The notes under the pieces are model-generated. The model was not told where the DNA came from, made no database searches, and saw only the letters and a list, made by a program, of their open reading frames with translations. Position numbers and translations under genes: made by a program. A stretch of 62,920 nucleotides of DNA, counting the filler, from Globobulimina sp. (taxonomy: Eukaryota): NCBI GenBank assembly GCA_003354225.1. It is 47 parts of 47 records of this genome, joined end to end, with 100 filler letters (N's around TTAATTAATTAA, not from the genome) between each part and the next. Parts side by side here need not be neighbours in the genome. Positions count along the whole stretch, not along the records: positions 48,281 to 49,520 come from PIVH01020302.1; positions 49,621 to 50,860 come from PIVH01020303.1; positions 50,961 to 52,200 come from PIVH01020304.1; positions 52,301 to 53,540 come from PIVH01020305.1; positions 53,641 to 54,880 come from PIVH01020306.1; positions 54,981 to 56,220 come from PIVH01020307.1; positions 56,321 to 57,560 come from PIVH01020308.1; positions 57,661 to 58,900 come from PIVH01020309.1; 39 more parts are not named here. One strand, given 5' to 3'. Each line of letters opens with the position of its first letter. Position 1 is the first letter of the stretch. Below are positions 48,825-60,340 of this stretch, piece after piece.

Positions 48825-49520
48825 ATGTCAATAACTGTGGCGATAGTTGTATTGCTGTCATTTTGTTATGCACCTGTTCTGCCTACAATTATTTCAAAAT
48901 GTATTGAATTCACGGAAACAATCAACACTCCGTGTTCTATCAATGGAACCGTTTATGTTTGCGCCGATGATAAAGATAAATCATGTGGCCAGGGTTCGTA
49001 CGGAAAAGTAATAAAAGTCCGAAAATATTCGTCTGATGGACAGATTGAGCCCACTATTTTCGCCATGAAACTCTCACAACGTAAGAATGAGAGAGTAAAT
49101 CCACATGTAATGAATGAAAACTATGTGACAAAGGCCATGATGGATACAATCGATCCTATTTTCCAGCAAAATCTACAATGGCTATCACCAGCATCAAAGG
49201 AACAAAATCTATCGATATCACCAACAATAAAAGTGTATGACACGGCAACTTCCGCCAAGAGGCGTGTGATGGTGATGGATTATCATAGTTACGGAGATAT
49301 TTGGCATGTCGAGCAATTGTCCGCATTCTACACAATGACTCAAAATCGAGATTTTTATGTGTTCAAATTGCTTAAAGACATATCATTTGTATTAGAAGCA
49401 ATGTGGCAAAAGCAACTGATTGATCGTGATGTAGGTTGTGGCAATATTTTAATTGGAGGGAATCCGCAACATTTCACAACAACCACGTTTATAAAAGCTG
49501 ATTACGGTCAAGTTATCTCA
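48825..49520 (+). CDS. Protein kinase with an N-terminal signal-peptide-like sequence, 3' partial
   Basis: MSITVAIVVLLSFCYA; GQGSYGKV, FAMK, NE (alphaC), VMVMDY, IDRDVGCGNIL and ADYG. Confidence 0.85.
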
Positions 49521-50639
49521 NNNNNNNNNNNNNNNNNNNNNNNNNNNNNNNNNNNNNNNNNNNNTTAATTAATTAANNNNNNNNNNNNNNNNNNNNNNNN
49601 NNNNNNNNNNNNNNNNNNNNGGTTTGTTAACTTGGGCACAAACTGCGCCCGCCACCACTCACCACCGCTGCCCCGCCACCCCGTACAACAGACAAAAATG
49701 TCCTCCTCGCCGCTGCCCTAAACTTTCCTAACGGTCATTCGATTTATTTGTATACGCAAACCAAAAAACAGATTGTTTGAATTTTTTTATTTTTGATTTC
49801 TCGGAATGGAAAACGGTGACTGCGTCACCGGATAAAGAAGCAGTATTTATACATCTTCGATTGTATAACATTGTTTGCAGGTATGCTGTTTACTTTGAGT
49901 AGAGAGCATCATATCACATTCAAAATCAAAAGATAAAAAGACAAAAAACATAGTATTAATTTTGTTATTGGTCAATTGGTATAGCACTGATTTTATCAAG
50001 GATAATGTGAAAGTGCAAGGATATATGTGAGTATTTTTTGGAATGCTTGTTTGTTTTTTGTAATATCTGCTATGCGTCCTTATCTAAGTCAACTTTCTCA
50101 TTCTTGTAATATAAAAAAAATGAAATTCTTATCGAACTTTTGAGCATTTAATGTCGAGCATTTAATGTTACCATGCAGACAGTTTTGCGGAAAAGTTTTT
50201 AGACTGCCGCAAATCTGTTTCACAACTACAAAAGCTTCACACTTATGTTCCGCAAAAAAGGTGCCTCATTTTCCTTCATAAAACCATTCCACATCTTCCA
50301 TATGACTCACCAATGCTTTGTAATGGATTTTCAAAAAAAGTCGATTCTTGAAAAAGTAAATCGGGAAGGCTCTAATTTAGATTGTTCTAAATATGATTTC
50401 TGTTTCGTCGTAGAAACAGCTAGATGAAATTCCTTAGGAGGAATCATATTTAGAATTGCCAATCTAAAAGACATCGCAGTGTAAAGTTAACATTAAAAGT
50501 TAACGTTTCAAAGTTTACTTAGTTGGACATAGTCAATTGTTTTTGATGTTGATTCCAAAACAATTTAAACTTAATGTCATGGATCTGTTACTGTCTCGTT
50601 ATGATTGATGGTATTTGGAGGAAAGAATAATGAAGACAC

Positions 50640-50810
50640 ATAGGTCATACATTTGATCATACATTTGATAGGTGTAATTGTTTGATCATACATTTGATCA
50701 TACAGTAGCTTGATCATACCTTCAAAAAATCATACATTGACTTGTACATAGTTGCAATTTATGACTATAATTTAGTGGAAAAGTTCCTCCATACTTTTAT
50801 AGTCATAAAT
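50640..50810. repeat. GATCATACATTT short repeats followed by a 14-bp inverted repeat (50757-50770 / 50797-50810)
   Basis: tcatacattt and gatcatac recur; atttatgactataa ... ttatagtcataaat. Confidence 0.65.
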
Positions 50811-50960
50811 AAGTCATAAATATATGATTCTGCGTCTTATAGCAGTTATCCCTGTAATTGNNNNNNNNNNNNNNNNNNNNNNNNNNNNNNNNNNNNNNNN
50901 NNNNTTAATTAATTAANNNNNNNNNNNNNNNNNNNNNNNNNNNNNNNNNNNNNNNNNNNN

Positions 50961-51814
50961 AACAACAATTATTTAAGGTAACGTTTCTACGCTTTGTGTT
51001 TGTATAATAATTATCCAAACCACTACTTTTTTTCAGAAACGTTTATTTAACACCGTCGGAGCAAAATGTCTCAAATGCTCTTTGTGTCAGTAAAGTCGAT
51101 GGAAATATGACAGCCGATGGAAAGGTGAATATGTCCACAGGATTAGTGACAAAAATGGTGGCCCAAAAATTAATAAAAAATGCTTTGCGAATCGATGGAT
51201 GTACATTTCATATTCGCTCGTTTATAATGGTCGCAAATGTTAATGATCCATTGCTTGTTTTTTACTGTGGATCGATGATACTACGCTCACTTAATCCATC
51301 TGAGATTAGATCCAATGGGCATCATTCACGCAATGTTACAGTCAGTGAACAAGAGATGCATAAATGGGGCGGCACACCGTACGCATTGAATATGCAACAA
51401 TTTTCAGATTATTTTGCAGATATATTAACTTTTAATGTGCGAGAAGTGGTGAATCAAATTAAAAACATTACAAAAATATTATTTCTTACTGTTTACGATA
51501 AATATATGCCACGCGACTTAGAGGTGCAACAATATATTACTCCGGCATTGGATTTTGTAATTACCGATGATTTGCAAGTGAAGTATCTCGATTTTAATGT
51601 TGTTGCTGGTACTGGGGATCGACGTTGTTTTGAGCAAAAAAATAGTACTGATAAGAGAGCTGTGTTAGGCAATCATTGGTACTGTGTTGATATGAAAAGG
51701 ATGATGGAGGAAATGGTTAACATTGAAATTGAAATTGCAATAAAAAAAAAGAATGGTCGTAAACTTGATCAGTTAGACAGTGTCAAGACATTTGAAACCA
51801 TTCTTTGGCAGTAA
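50961..51814 (+). CDS. Tubulin-tyrosine ligase-like (TTL/TTLL) ATP-grasp protein, divergent; intron about 50978-51036; 5' partial
   Basis: VAQKLIKNALRIDGCTFHIRSFIMV (QxYIxxPLLIxGxKFxxR-like), HSRN and ALDFVITDDLQVKYLDFN. Confidence 0.8.
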
Positions 51815-52300
51815 ATTTTTTTCTTTTTTTTGCTCTATTTCTTTCTTTGGGTTTGTGCTAATTTTAGGTTTCTTTTTTTTTATTTTTAGTAAATATGGGA
51901 ATAGACAACTTTGTCAGACCCATGAAAATAGAGTTGTCCTTTCGATCCTAGGTCATTGGAACCTCCCCTATGTCGTTCAAAATCTAAGAAGTGAGGTAGT
52001 CATTTTTTTTATAAACTTGATATAATTTACTACGAAATTTTCAGCATGTTTTTGTTATTAATCACTTCTTTATTTGCTACAATAATTTGTGGAGAAGCTA
52101 GATATTCGATTAATATCAAATAAGAGCATCCGGTCTTCAGCGTCAGATTTTTATTGGGGTAAGGTGTAAGCAAACCGTTTCTGGTGACTGATAAAGGTAA
52201 NNNNNNNNNNNNNNNNNNNNNNNNNNNNNNNNNNNNNNNNNNNNTTAATTAATTAANNNNNNNNNNNNNNNNNNNNNNNNNNNNNNNNNNNNNNNNNNNN

Positions 52301-53540
52301 CAATTTGTTGGTCTGTGCTGTATTTTTCCAACAGTTCACGTCTGGATTCTTCAGGTTTGTATGCCTTTGGCCAACCTGCAAACATTAAAAGTAACACTGC
52401 CAAAACATAATCAGTGTGCTTACCTCCAGCTTGAAACTTTTTCACATATGATGGTACAAGTTGGGACCTAAACAAATCCTTGCTTCTCTGGTCTCTACCC
52501 CAATGCCATACCTAAAGAATTAACTGTAACAACTCAAGTGTTGTTGTTGAGTCACATACCTCATAAATTTCTTGCATGACATAACCCAGCTCAAGGGCTT
52601 TCTGAATTTCCACTGACACAAATGTGTCTTCCAAACAGCGCTCTTCATCATTGTGAGTACACTTCTCACTACTCTCACCATTATAGATGCAGGTCGAGCA
52701 CAACCCAAACACAACTTTGTCATGTGCAAAAACAGGCAATACAGGTAAAAGCAGTCTGCAATTGACACATTGATTCTGAACACAAGAACATGGTCACTTA
52801 CTGTTTTGGTGGCAAAATTCTGCATTTCAAAATGCCAAAAATCTCATGCAATGGTGGGAAGTCATCAAAGAAAATCTGTGGATGACCCACAGGGTACCAT
52901 TGATCATCTTCAGTACAACAGTTCCTGTAATGTCATGGTTATGTAGCAGTAATACTGCAAGATAAAAGTACTTACACTGAGGGATATAAACTGGTAAAGT
53001 CCATGTATTTGATGATTTCCCCATCCTTTAATTTGTAATACATTCTGATACAGTTGGTGCGTCCACCACGCAATGAGTCCCTTGGGGCCAATGGTGGCAC
53101 CTTTTGCAGCCTTGCTCTCATCTTCTCAACAAAAGCCTTCATTTCAGGGTTTTGTTTCTGCTGTTCACGAAATTGGCAGCTGTATATTGATTTCACATAA
53201 AAGCCATTGGCCTCCAAAAACTCCTTTTTGGCTTTAGTTTTCTGTTGTCTTTCATGATAAGTGAATGGATTGCCATTGCTATCAACGCGCTGTATATGCT
53301 CTGTGCCATTTTTGAAACAATCAGTGCATCCATGATAGCTGCACCTGTAATGCTACTGTTAGCTTAAATTATCTAGAAACTTGACACTAACCCGTTGTAT
53401 TCAAAAGCTGTTAATCCTGCATTTACAGCTGCCACGCCATCTAAGTAATGCCTTCCAACCTTAATCTCATTACCATTTCTACCATGATAAATTTCAACAC
53501 CAGTATCCTTTGACAACCAGAGCATCCATGTGAGAGCTTT
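52301..53540 (-). mobile_element. Polinton/Maverick-type protein-primed DNA polymerase B with an inserted Vsr-like nuclease domain, split by five introns (53345-53391, 52925-52975, 52756-52801, 52512-52559, 52376-52423); partial at both ends
   Basis: Spliced product: ...LDG...AFEYNG|CSYHGC...PRDSLRGGRTN...YMDFTSLYPSV|N...YPVGHP...GILKCRILPPKQ|LLLPVLP...CSTC...CTH...EIQKALELGY..QEIYE|VWHW...AG|GWP. Confidence 0.9.
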
Positions 53541-53847
53541 NNNNNNNNNNNNNNNNNNNNNNNNNNNNNNNNNNNNNNNNNNNNTTAATTAATTAANNNN
53601 NNNNNNNNNNNNNNNNNNNNNNNNNNNNNNNNNNNNNNNNAATAAACACCTTCCTCCCTTGAATAGACCCACACCCAAAGGACCTTTGAAAAAATAGAGC
53701 CCCTTGATTGATAAATTTTATCTGCACGGACAGAAGTACATACAGAAAGGTACAATACTTGCTCCGAAGAGCCCTTTAACGTATCTACCATATACTAACA
53801 ACACATAAAAATATATACTAATAGTCAAGAAAACAAATAGATACAAA

Positions 53848-54880
53848 TTAAACATCAACAACAGATATAATGTTAGGCTGAAGAGCAAACATTCGGTCAT
53901 AGAAATCATTACTTAATATTCGACGCCTAAAACTAACATAATCAAGTAATATATCAGCATCTGTACATTCATTCCATAAAGAACTACACATATTGACACA
54001 TGAGTACTTTGTCCGTTCCCGTTTACATAAAGGTATTAATAATTTATTACTATTATTGACACGCCTACTATTTCTAGCAACAGATTGAATAAAAACCCCA
54101 CTAGGTACATGTCTGATGTTGTTAAGATATTTATACATCAATAGCAAACGATTTTGCATTGTTACACGACAAATAGAATGGAGACATGTTCTATTTAAAA
54201 GCTCAGAATATGGTAGGTCAAAACGGTTAGTTATCATTTTGCACGCAAATTTTTGTGCCCTTTCTAGCAAAATACGATCTTTCTTAAAATATGGATATAC
54301 AACAGGTGAACCGTACATTAACACAGATCTTATAAGTGAAACATACAGTAATCTTAGTGTGTTGGGGGGTACATATTTTCGGACAGACCGGCACAAGCAC
54401 CCTAAAGTTGACCTGGCCCGGGCCACTACCTTCTGAGTATGAACAGAAAATGATAACCCAGGATCCAGGTGAACTCCAAGGTATTTGTACGAGTCAGTCT
54501 TTTCAATAGGCACCCCATCAACACATGGTGCAGCCATAAAAACAGGTGTTGGAGAGATGTTCAAGACCATATGCTGAGTTTTGGTTATATTAAGTTTAAG
54601 AGAAATAGATTTAAAATAGTCAGCTATGGCCTGAACATCCCTCCCGAGTTCGGCCTCCGAAGTTGCAGAGTCCATTGGCTTCAAATAGCACAAATCGTCA
54701 GCAAAGAGCAATATTTCAGCTCCATCTGACAATTTGACTTTAGAAACCCCGTTTACGTAGGAAATAAACAGTGGAGGCCCCAAAATGGAACCCTGGCCGA
54801 TTCCGCTGATTACTTCCCGAAAACTGGAAACGGCATCTCCGACTCGAACACACTGTAAACGCCCATCAAAATACGATTTA
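53848..54880 (-). mobile_element. Non-LTR retrotransposon reverse transcriptase (CR1/L2/Jockey-like), C-terminal part and 3' flank
   Basis: GRLQCVRV...SGIGQGSILGPPLF, LFADD, LKLNITKT, YKYLGV, LYVSLIRSVLMYG and LERAQ. Confidence 0.92.
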
Positions 54881-54980
54881 NNNNNNNNNNNNNNNNNNNN
54901 NNNNNNNNNNNNNNNNNNNNNNNNTTAATTAATTAANNNNNNNNNNNNNNNNNNNNNNNNNNNNNNNNNNNNNNNNNNNN

Positions 54981-56220
54981 TTCAATGGTATCACATTATT
55001 AATACGCTCTTCTTCTTGATCATCAATTAACATTGGCCGCGACAAAGATTTCCATTGTTTGTGAGCATATTCAACAATGTTTGGATTAATTTCATTTGCA
55101 GATAAAAATTTCCTTATTCTGCGCATTGAAATATTCGCATTGATTAGACCCACGATGGTGGCTGGTATTTGACCTAAAGGAAAACTTAGCAAATTAAACA
55201 AAGCTATCGATGTAAACGCTTTGTCCGTAGTCAATTGATGGCCATATACTTGTGTGTAAAAAGCAAAACTTACCACGCAAATCAGGTTGCCACTGAAACT
55301 AAAATTGGCAATGAAAAATGCAAAACACTTCACTAAAATCTTTAGTAATCTTAATTCTTCATTTCGAATGGCAGATATTTTTCTATTAAACAATGGTTCC
55401 CAGGAATACATTTTGACCATTTTCATGGAACCAAATACTTCATTGATTACTTTCATTCTTTGATCCCGTTCAATCTTCAACTTATCGCCGGTCCTTCTTG
55501 CTTTTATACCAACGCAAAGCAGGAGTGGCATCATAACAATTTGCGAAAGTATCCCCCAAAATACTGAGGACCCGATCTGTTGATATAATAAATACAACGC
55601 AAAGACAATGGTCACCGGGTTCATCATAACACTCAATAACAACGGAAATGAATCGCGTATTTCTCGCACATCCACCGTAATGATATTGAGTAACTGTCCA
55701 GCGGTTTGTTGACTGCGTGCAGATTGAGTCAATTTCAATGTTTTCTCATAACACGCAGCCATCAAAGCAGATCGTACACGCATACCACAACGCATACAGA
55801 TATGCGCAAATTGTGGATACAAAAGTGTAGAAAGCATATAAGAAGCAAACAACAATGCTGCATACACATAAGCTTCGTCGATTGTGTCTTTCGAGCCATC
55901 ATCAAATTTCTGTGCCACTTTCAAATATTGCATCAATATCAAAGGTCCCGCAAATTGCAGCGCAGTGAACACTGCCACCAACGGGACTATTATTAAAAAG
56001 TGTGAACCAAACGCTGCTAAAAGCGCTTTACTTAAACGTGGCGTATAATACTTTTCATCCTCAAATTCTTTATGTGTTGGCATGATTGACGATGGATAGC
56101 TGGAGGTGTCGGTGAACTCAATTCTATGGTCATTGATTCGGTCAATTCTTCGCTGTCGAAGTTCTAATTTCTTCTTATTTCTTCTTCTCGTTTTACGTAA
56201 CTGTGTACGCCATGCTTTAT
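54981..56220 (-). CDS. ABC transporter subfamily C (MRP-like), transmembrane domain 1, partial
   Basis: LQFAGPL, GMRVRSAL...YEKTLKL, GQLLNIITVD, DQRMKVINE, MKMVKMYSWE, AFTSIALFNLL.FPL and ISMRRIRKFL. Confidence 0.95.
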
Positions 56221-56320
56221 NNNNNNNNNNNNNNNNNNNNNNNNNNNNNNNNNNNNNNNNNNNNTTAATTAATTAANNNNNNNNNNNNNNNNNNNNNNNN
56301 NNNNNNNNNNNNNNNNNNNN

Positions 56321-56882
56321 ATCTCTTTTATTTATCATTGAAGTGTGTCAGTTTAGAACTTTGTTAAAAAATCATATTTTGAGTAATCTGGATAGCACAA
56401 CACATACATTTGACGATATTGCGTCGTATTATTTTGAAATAGCTCATAACATTCCACCCACACAAATAATAAATCAATGCTATGTGTCACTCGATGATGA
56501 TAATAATACATATAATTTTAATCAAATTGCACAAAAAATATATGGCAAATATATATTGGATGAATACAGTGATTTATCGGTTAATATATCGTATGTACAA
56601 AGAAATAATTTAAAAGAAACAGATTTCCACACTTTGCATATGACTCAGTTATATCATGTTTTTAACGATGTTTTTATTGAAATTCTTCGTGTTTTGCGTG
56701 ATCCATTTAATAGATTTGCGATAACGAGTACTTATATCCATTGGTTGAACAATCGGGACAGCGTCAAAACTGTGGTGGACGATATTTTTCAAGAAATAAA
56801 ATATTCAATGGATCAACGATTGCATTTATTCTTTTTCAATATTGCTATCTGTTTAGAAAATAAATGCTGTTGTAAATGCTGA
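56321..56882 (+). CDS. RGS domain protein, C-terminal part
   Basis: LFIIEVCQFR...IYGKYI...SDLSVNISY..R...VFNDVFIEILRVLRDPFNRF. Confidence 0.8.
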
Positions 56883-57107
56883 TTGTTTTTAAATAATTGC
56901 AATCACTTTTTGTTTTGAGTAGCTATATAGCTTTTTTTTTTATATTGTGTTTATTGTTTTTTTATGGTATACAATAACATCCGGCGTGATAAATAATGAC
57001 AAGAATGTTTAAGCAAATGTTTAAGCAATTATAACAATATTGATTTTAATACTTCAAGGATAAAATTTTTGAAAACTTCTTCAACCTTTTATTCACACAT
57101 ATCCACG

Positions 57108-57272
57108 ATGGGAGCTGACGAATCCAAAGTAATCCCACCAATCTGGCACATAATTAATACAGATGAATTAAAAGTGTATGATCATGTTTATCGCCGATTA
57201 AATATGGCAGGTTTATTCGATCATCATGGTATTGTCTTCAAAACACTAAGAAATCAATTTCCTCCCCCCTAG
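57108..57272 (+). CDS. LRAT/NC-domain-like N-terminal fragment with a possible myristoylation site
   Basis: MGADESK...LKVYDHVYR....LFDHHGIV; ends abruptly. Confidence 0.45.
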   Translation: MGADESKVIPPIWHIINTDELKVYDHVYRRLNMAGLFDHHGIVFKTLRNQFPPP

Positions 57273-59000
57273 ACATCCAACCTCGGATGCTATCATCTTA
57301 CTTTTTATTTTCAATTATATTGTATATACATATTGCTCTCTCTAAAGGTAAACTCTTACGTACTATTGGTAAGTATGCAGCTGTTAGCAATAAGAATTCT
57401 CGCAAACACTTAATTGAATATATTAATTCATATATAATGCTAAAAATAACTCTACACATAACTCCTCCGATAATTCACCAAATAATGCACAACATAATTA
57501 TAATAGAAAAATATACAGAATATACCACTTCAACTATCATCACAATATATACACTATTTTNNNNNNNNNNNNNNNNNNNNNNNNNNNNNNNNNNNNNNNN
57601 NNNNTTAATTAATTAANNNNNNNNNNNNNNNNNNNNNNNNNNNNNNNNNNNNNNNNNNNNACAATGATTGTAATGAATGTTCGACCATTTTCAATCATAA
57701 AAAAATCAATGCTCCGTATTGGCTCAAAAAAAAAACTGAAATTAAATGTTTAAACAATACAAATATTATACAAATTATTGCTGGTTATGATTGTTCGTTT
57801 TTAGTGACGAATGAGGAATGAATTAAGAAATACTTTGTTTTTTTTTGAGAGTTAACAAGTGTTTTTTTTCATAGTCACAGAGCACTTCAACTAAATAGGA
57901 TTTATATTATCATATATTTATATAACACTTGTATAGATTTGTATACATTACAACTACAAATTAATCAATTTTGAAGTTTTTTTAATGTTTGGATATCTTT
58001 GTTGGTTCGACAGCGACTAAATGTATTCATTTGTAATGTTTACTTTACATTTGTTGGAATATTATTTGTAAATTAGCATCAGGAACTACTGTCTGATGTA
58101 TCTTCAATGTGTTCCTTGTCAGATAACAATATTTATCATCAAAGTAGATTCGAGGATAATTTAACTGGCAGCGATGTTGTGTCAATGGTCTGTGGTGGAC
58201 TTATTAGAATTGTGGGGAATCCAACTCCGTCCTCGGGGTCTATAATGCCCAATGGTGTAACGTCTAGAATTCCTAAACTGTTTGTACAGGTTCTCGGCGT
58301 TGTTTTGTACTTCTTAGCTAATATTGCTATGTTTAAATCACCCACAACATCGTCATCCTTCCATTTATCAGTTTCGCTCCATGTTCGTTTAGATTTATAT
58401 ATATCATCCGATACATTAGGCGCTATTTTTAATTGTTTTGTTTTTACTTATAATGCATTGCAAAAATTTGCATGAATATTACCGTTGGTTGTTGCGTCCA
58501 AATGTTGGTACTTATTTAACAATGCATCTTGACTGGTTAATGTGTCACAGTTACGGTCTGGCAATTCGCCAGAATTACAGCAAGAACCCATTACTATTTA
58601 CTAATGATTATAAAGTTTTGAGACTAAGTATCGGGTTTTAAATCATTTTATGCGCGTGTCACGTCATGCAATAAAAAAAGGAATAAAAAACACAAAAGCA
58701 TCATTTATCAATTATCATACAGCAACACGTTCTCTATTCATCTTACTTTTTGGCGACATTACCATAAATTCAAATTCTTTATAATCTCTATACCTGTATA
58801 TTATTAGACAAACATCAAAGCAATTATAATTCATCAGGATTGCATGTGGTTTGCGCAAAAAAACAACATACAACAACATCAGGCAAACTAATACAGCAAT
58901 NNNNNNNNNNNNNNNNNNNNNNNNNNNNNNNNNNNNNNNNNNNNTTAATTAATTAANNNNNNNNNNNNNNNNNNNNNNNNNNNNNNNNNNNNNNNNNNNN

Positions 59001-60240
59001 TATGTGAAAATATAAAAGAAAACGGAAAAATTAGAACAAAAACAAAGAAAATGGAGAGAGCAGAAAAAAAAAATAAATAAATTAAAAAATGGATGGACGC
59101 AATTTGTACAAAAACATATCGAACACGACGATGACAATCAATTTGGATTTGAGTCCATGTTTGATATTTTAAATAAAGAATTCACTCAATCACAAGATGA
59201 GAAAAAGAGATTATTTGATTTGGTTGCGATGTACCAGAAAAAGGTATATTTTCTGATTTCTATTTGTATGTTGAAACAGTTTGTAGTCACTTTGTAATAT
59301 AAACGCAAACAAAAAAGGAAAAGAAACAGCAAACAGATATTCACAAATTACAACAGGAAAACAATGAATTACAGCAATATAAACAGAAACATTTCGACGC
59401 TCAGCAACAAATAAATGAGCAACAACAACAATTTGAGAATGAAAAAATAAGTTAAAATATAATATTTCATATTTCATATTACAAACACAAACAAAAATAT
59501 ATGTACAGAATATACAAAACAATCTGCAGCAAACCAAGAGAAATTAGCTCAATTCCAGCAACAAACCGATAATTTACAACAACAATTAGCCCAAAAGACG
59601 GATGATTTAAGTTCATTATTGACGTATATCCGTACCCTCGAAGCCGAAAACGAAGAATTTGTAGAAACCATTAACAAATACAAGCGAGAAAACGGTGAAT
59701 TAACGCAAGAATTATGCTCATTAAACGCAGAAAATGCAAAATTGACCAAAGGCAAACAAGAATTTGAGAGCTTAAAAAAAGATCATATGTCAGTCACGCA
59801 AACCTTATCCGAAGTGCAGGCAGAAATTGACGGCTTACAGGACGAGTTTCGCATTATTTACAAAGGCAAAAAACGAATGGAGTCAGAAAATGCCGCCTTA
59901 ACCACTCGTGTACACGACTTGGAGCATAAACTGAGCGCAGTAGAAGTTGAAAATAATGCATTACACTCAAAAATAAATGTCGCCAAACGCGAATATGGCA
60001 CACAGACACATTTTGGATACATTTTAGAAAATGAGCATGTCCGGGCCTTAGAGTCTGAGAATGAATATTTAATGAAAGAGTTGGATTTCTTAATTGCAGA
60101 GCGGTCGCGATTTAAACCGTGTGTCTCTGACACTGATTATCATTGCGGTGATGTAAAAAGTATGGTGGGGTCCCCTATAAATGATAATGTAATCACCGGC
60201 GGCAGACAGGACAATTCACTGCGAATATGGCATCCCAAAG
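59001..60240 (+). CDS. Coiled-coil protein ending in a WD40-like repeat; at least two introns; partial
   Basis: Heptad-rich exons; H.GDVKSM...ITGGRQDNSLRIW; GT-AG introns near 59244-59336 and 59410-59508. Confidence 0.65.
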
Positions 60241-60340
60241 NNNNNNNNNNNNNNNNNNNNNNNNNNNNNNNNNNNNNNNNNNNNTTAATTAATTAANNNN
60301 NNNNNNNNNNNNNNNNNNNNNNNNNNNNNNNNNNNNNNNN

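Noticed and set aside
46941-53540. Capsid and pPolB as one contiguous viral genome
   Set aside because: They are on different contigs separated by unrelated sequence and differ in intron content; linkage is unproven
57661-58900. Possible RCC1-like repeat end (IIQIIAGYDCSFLVT) and a minus-strand ORF at 58139-58345
   Set aside because: Too short and fragmentary to support a call
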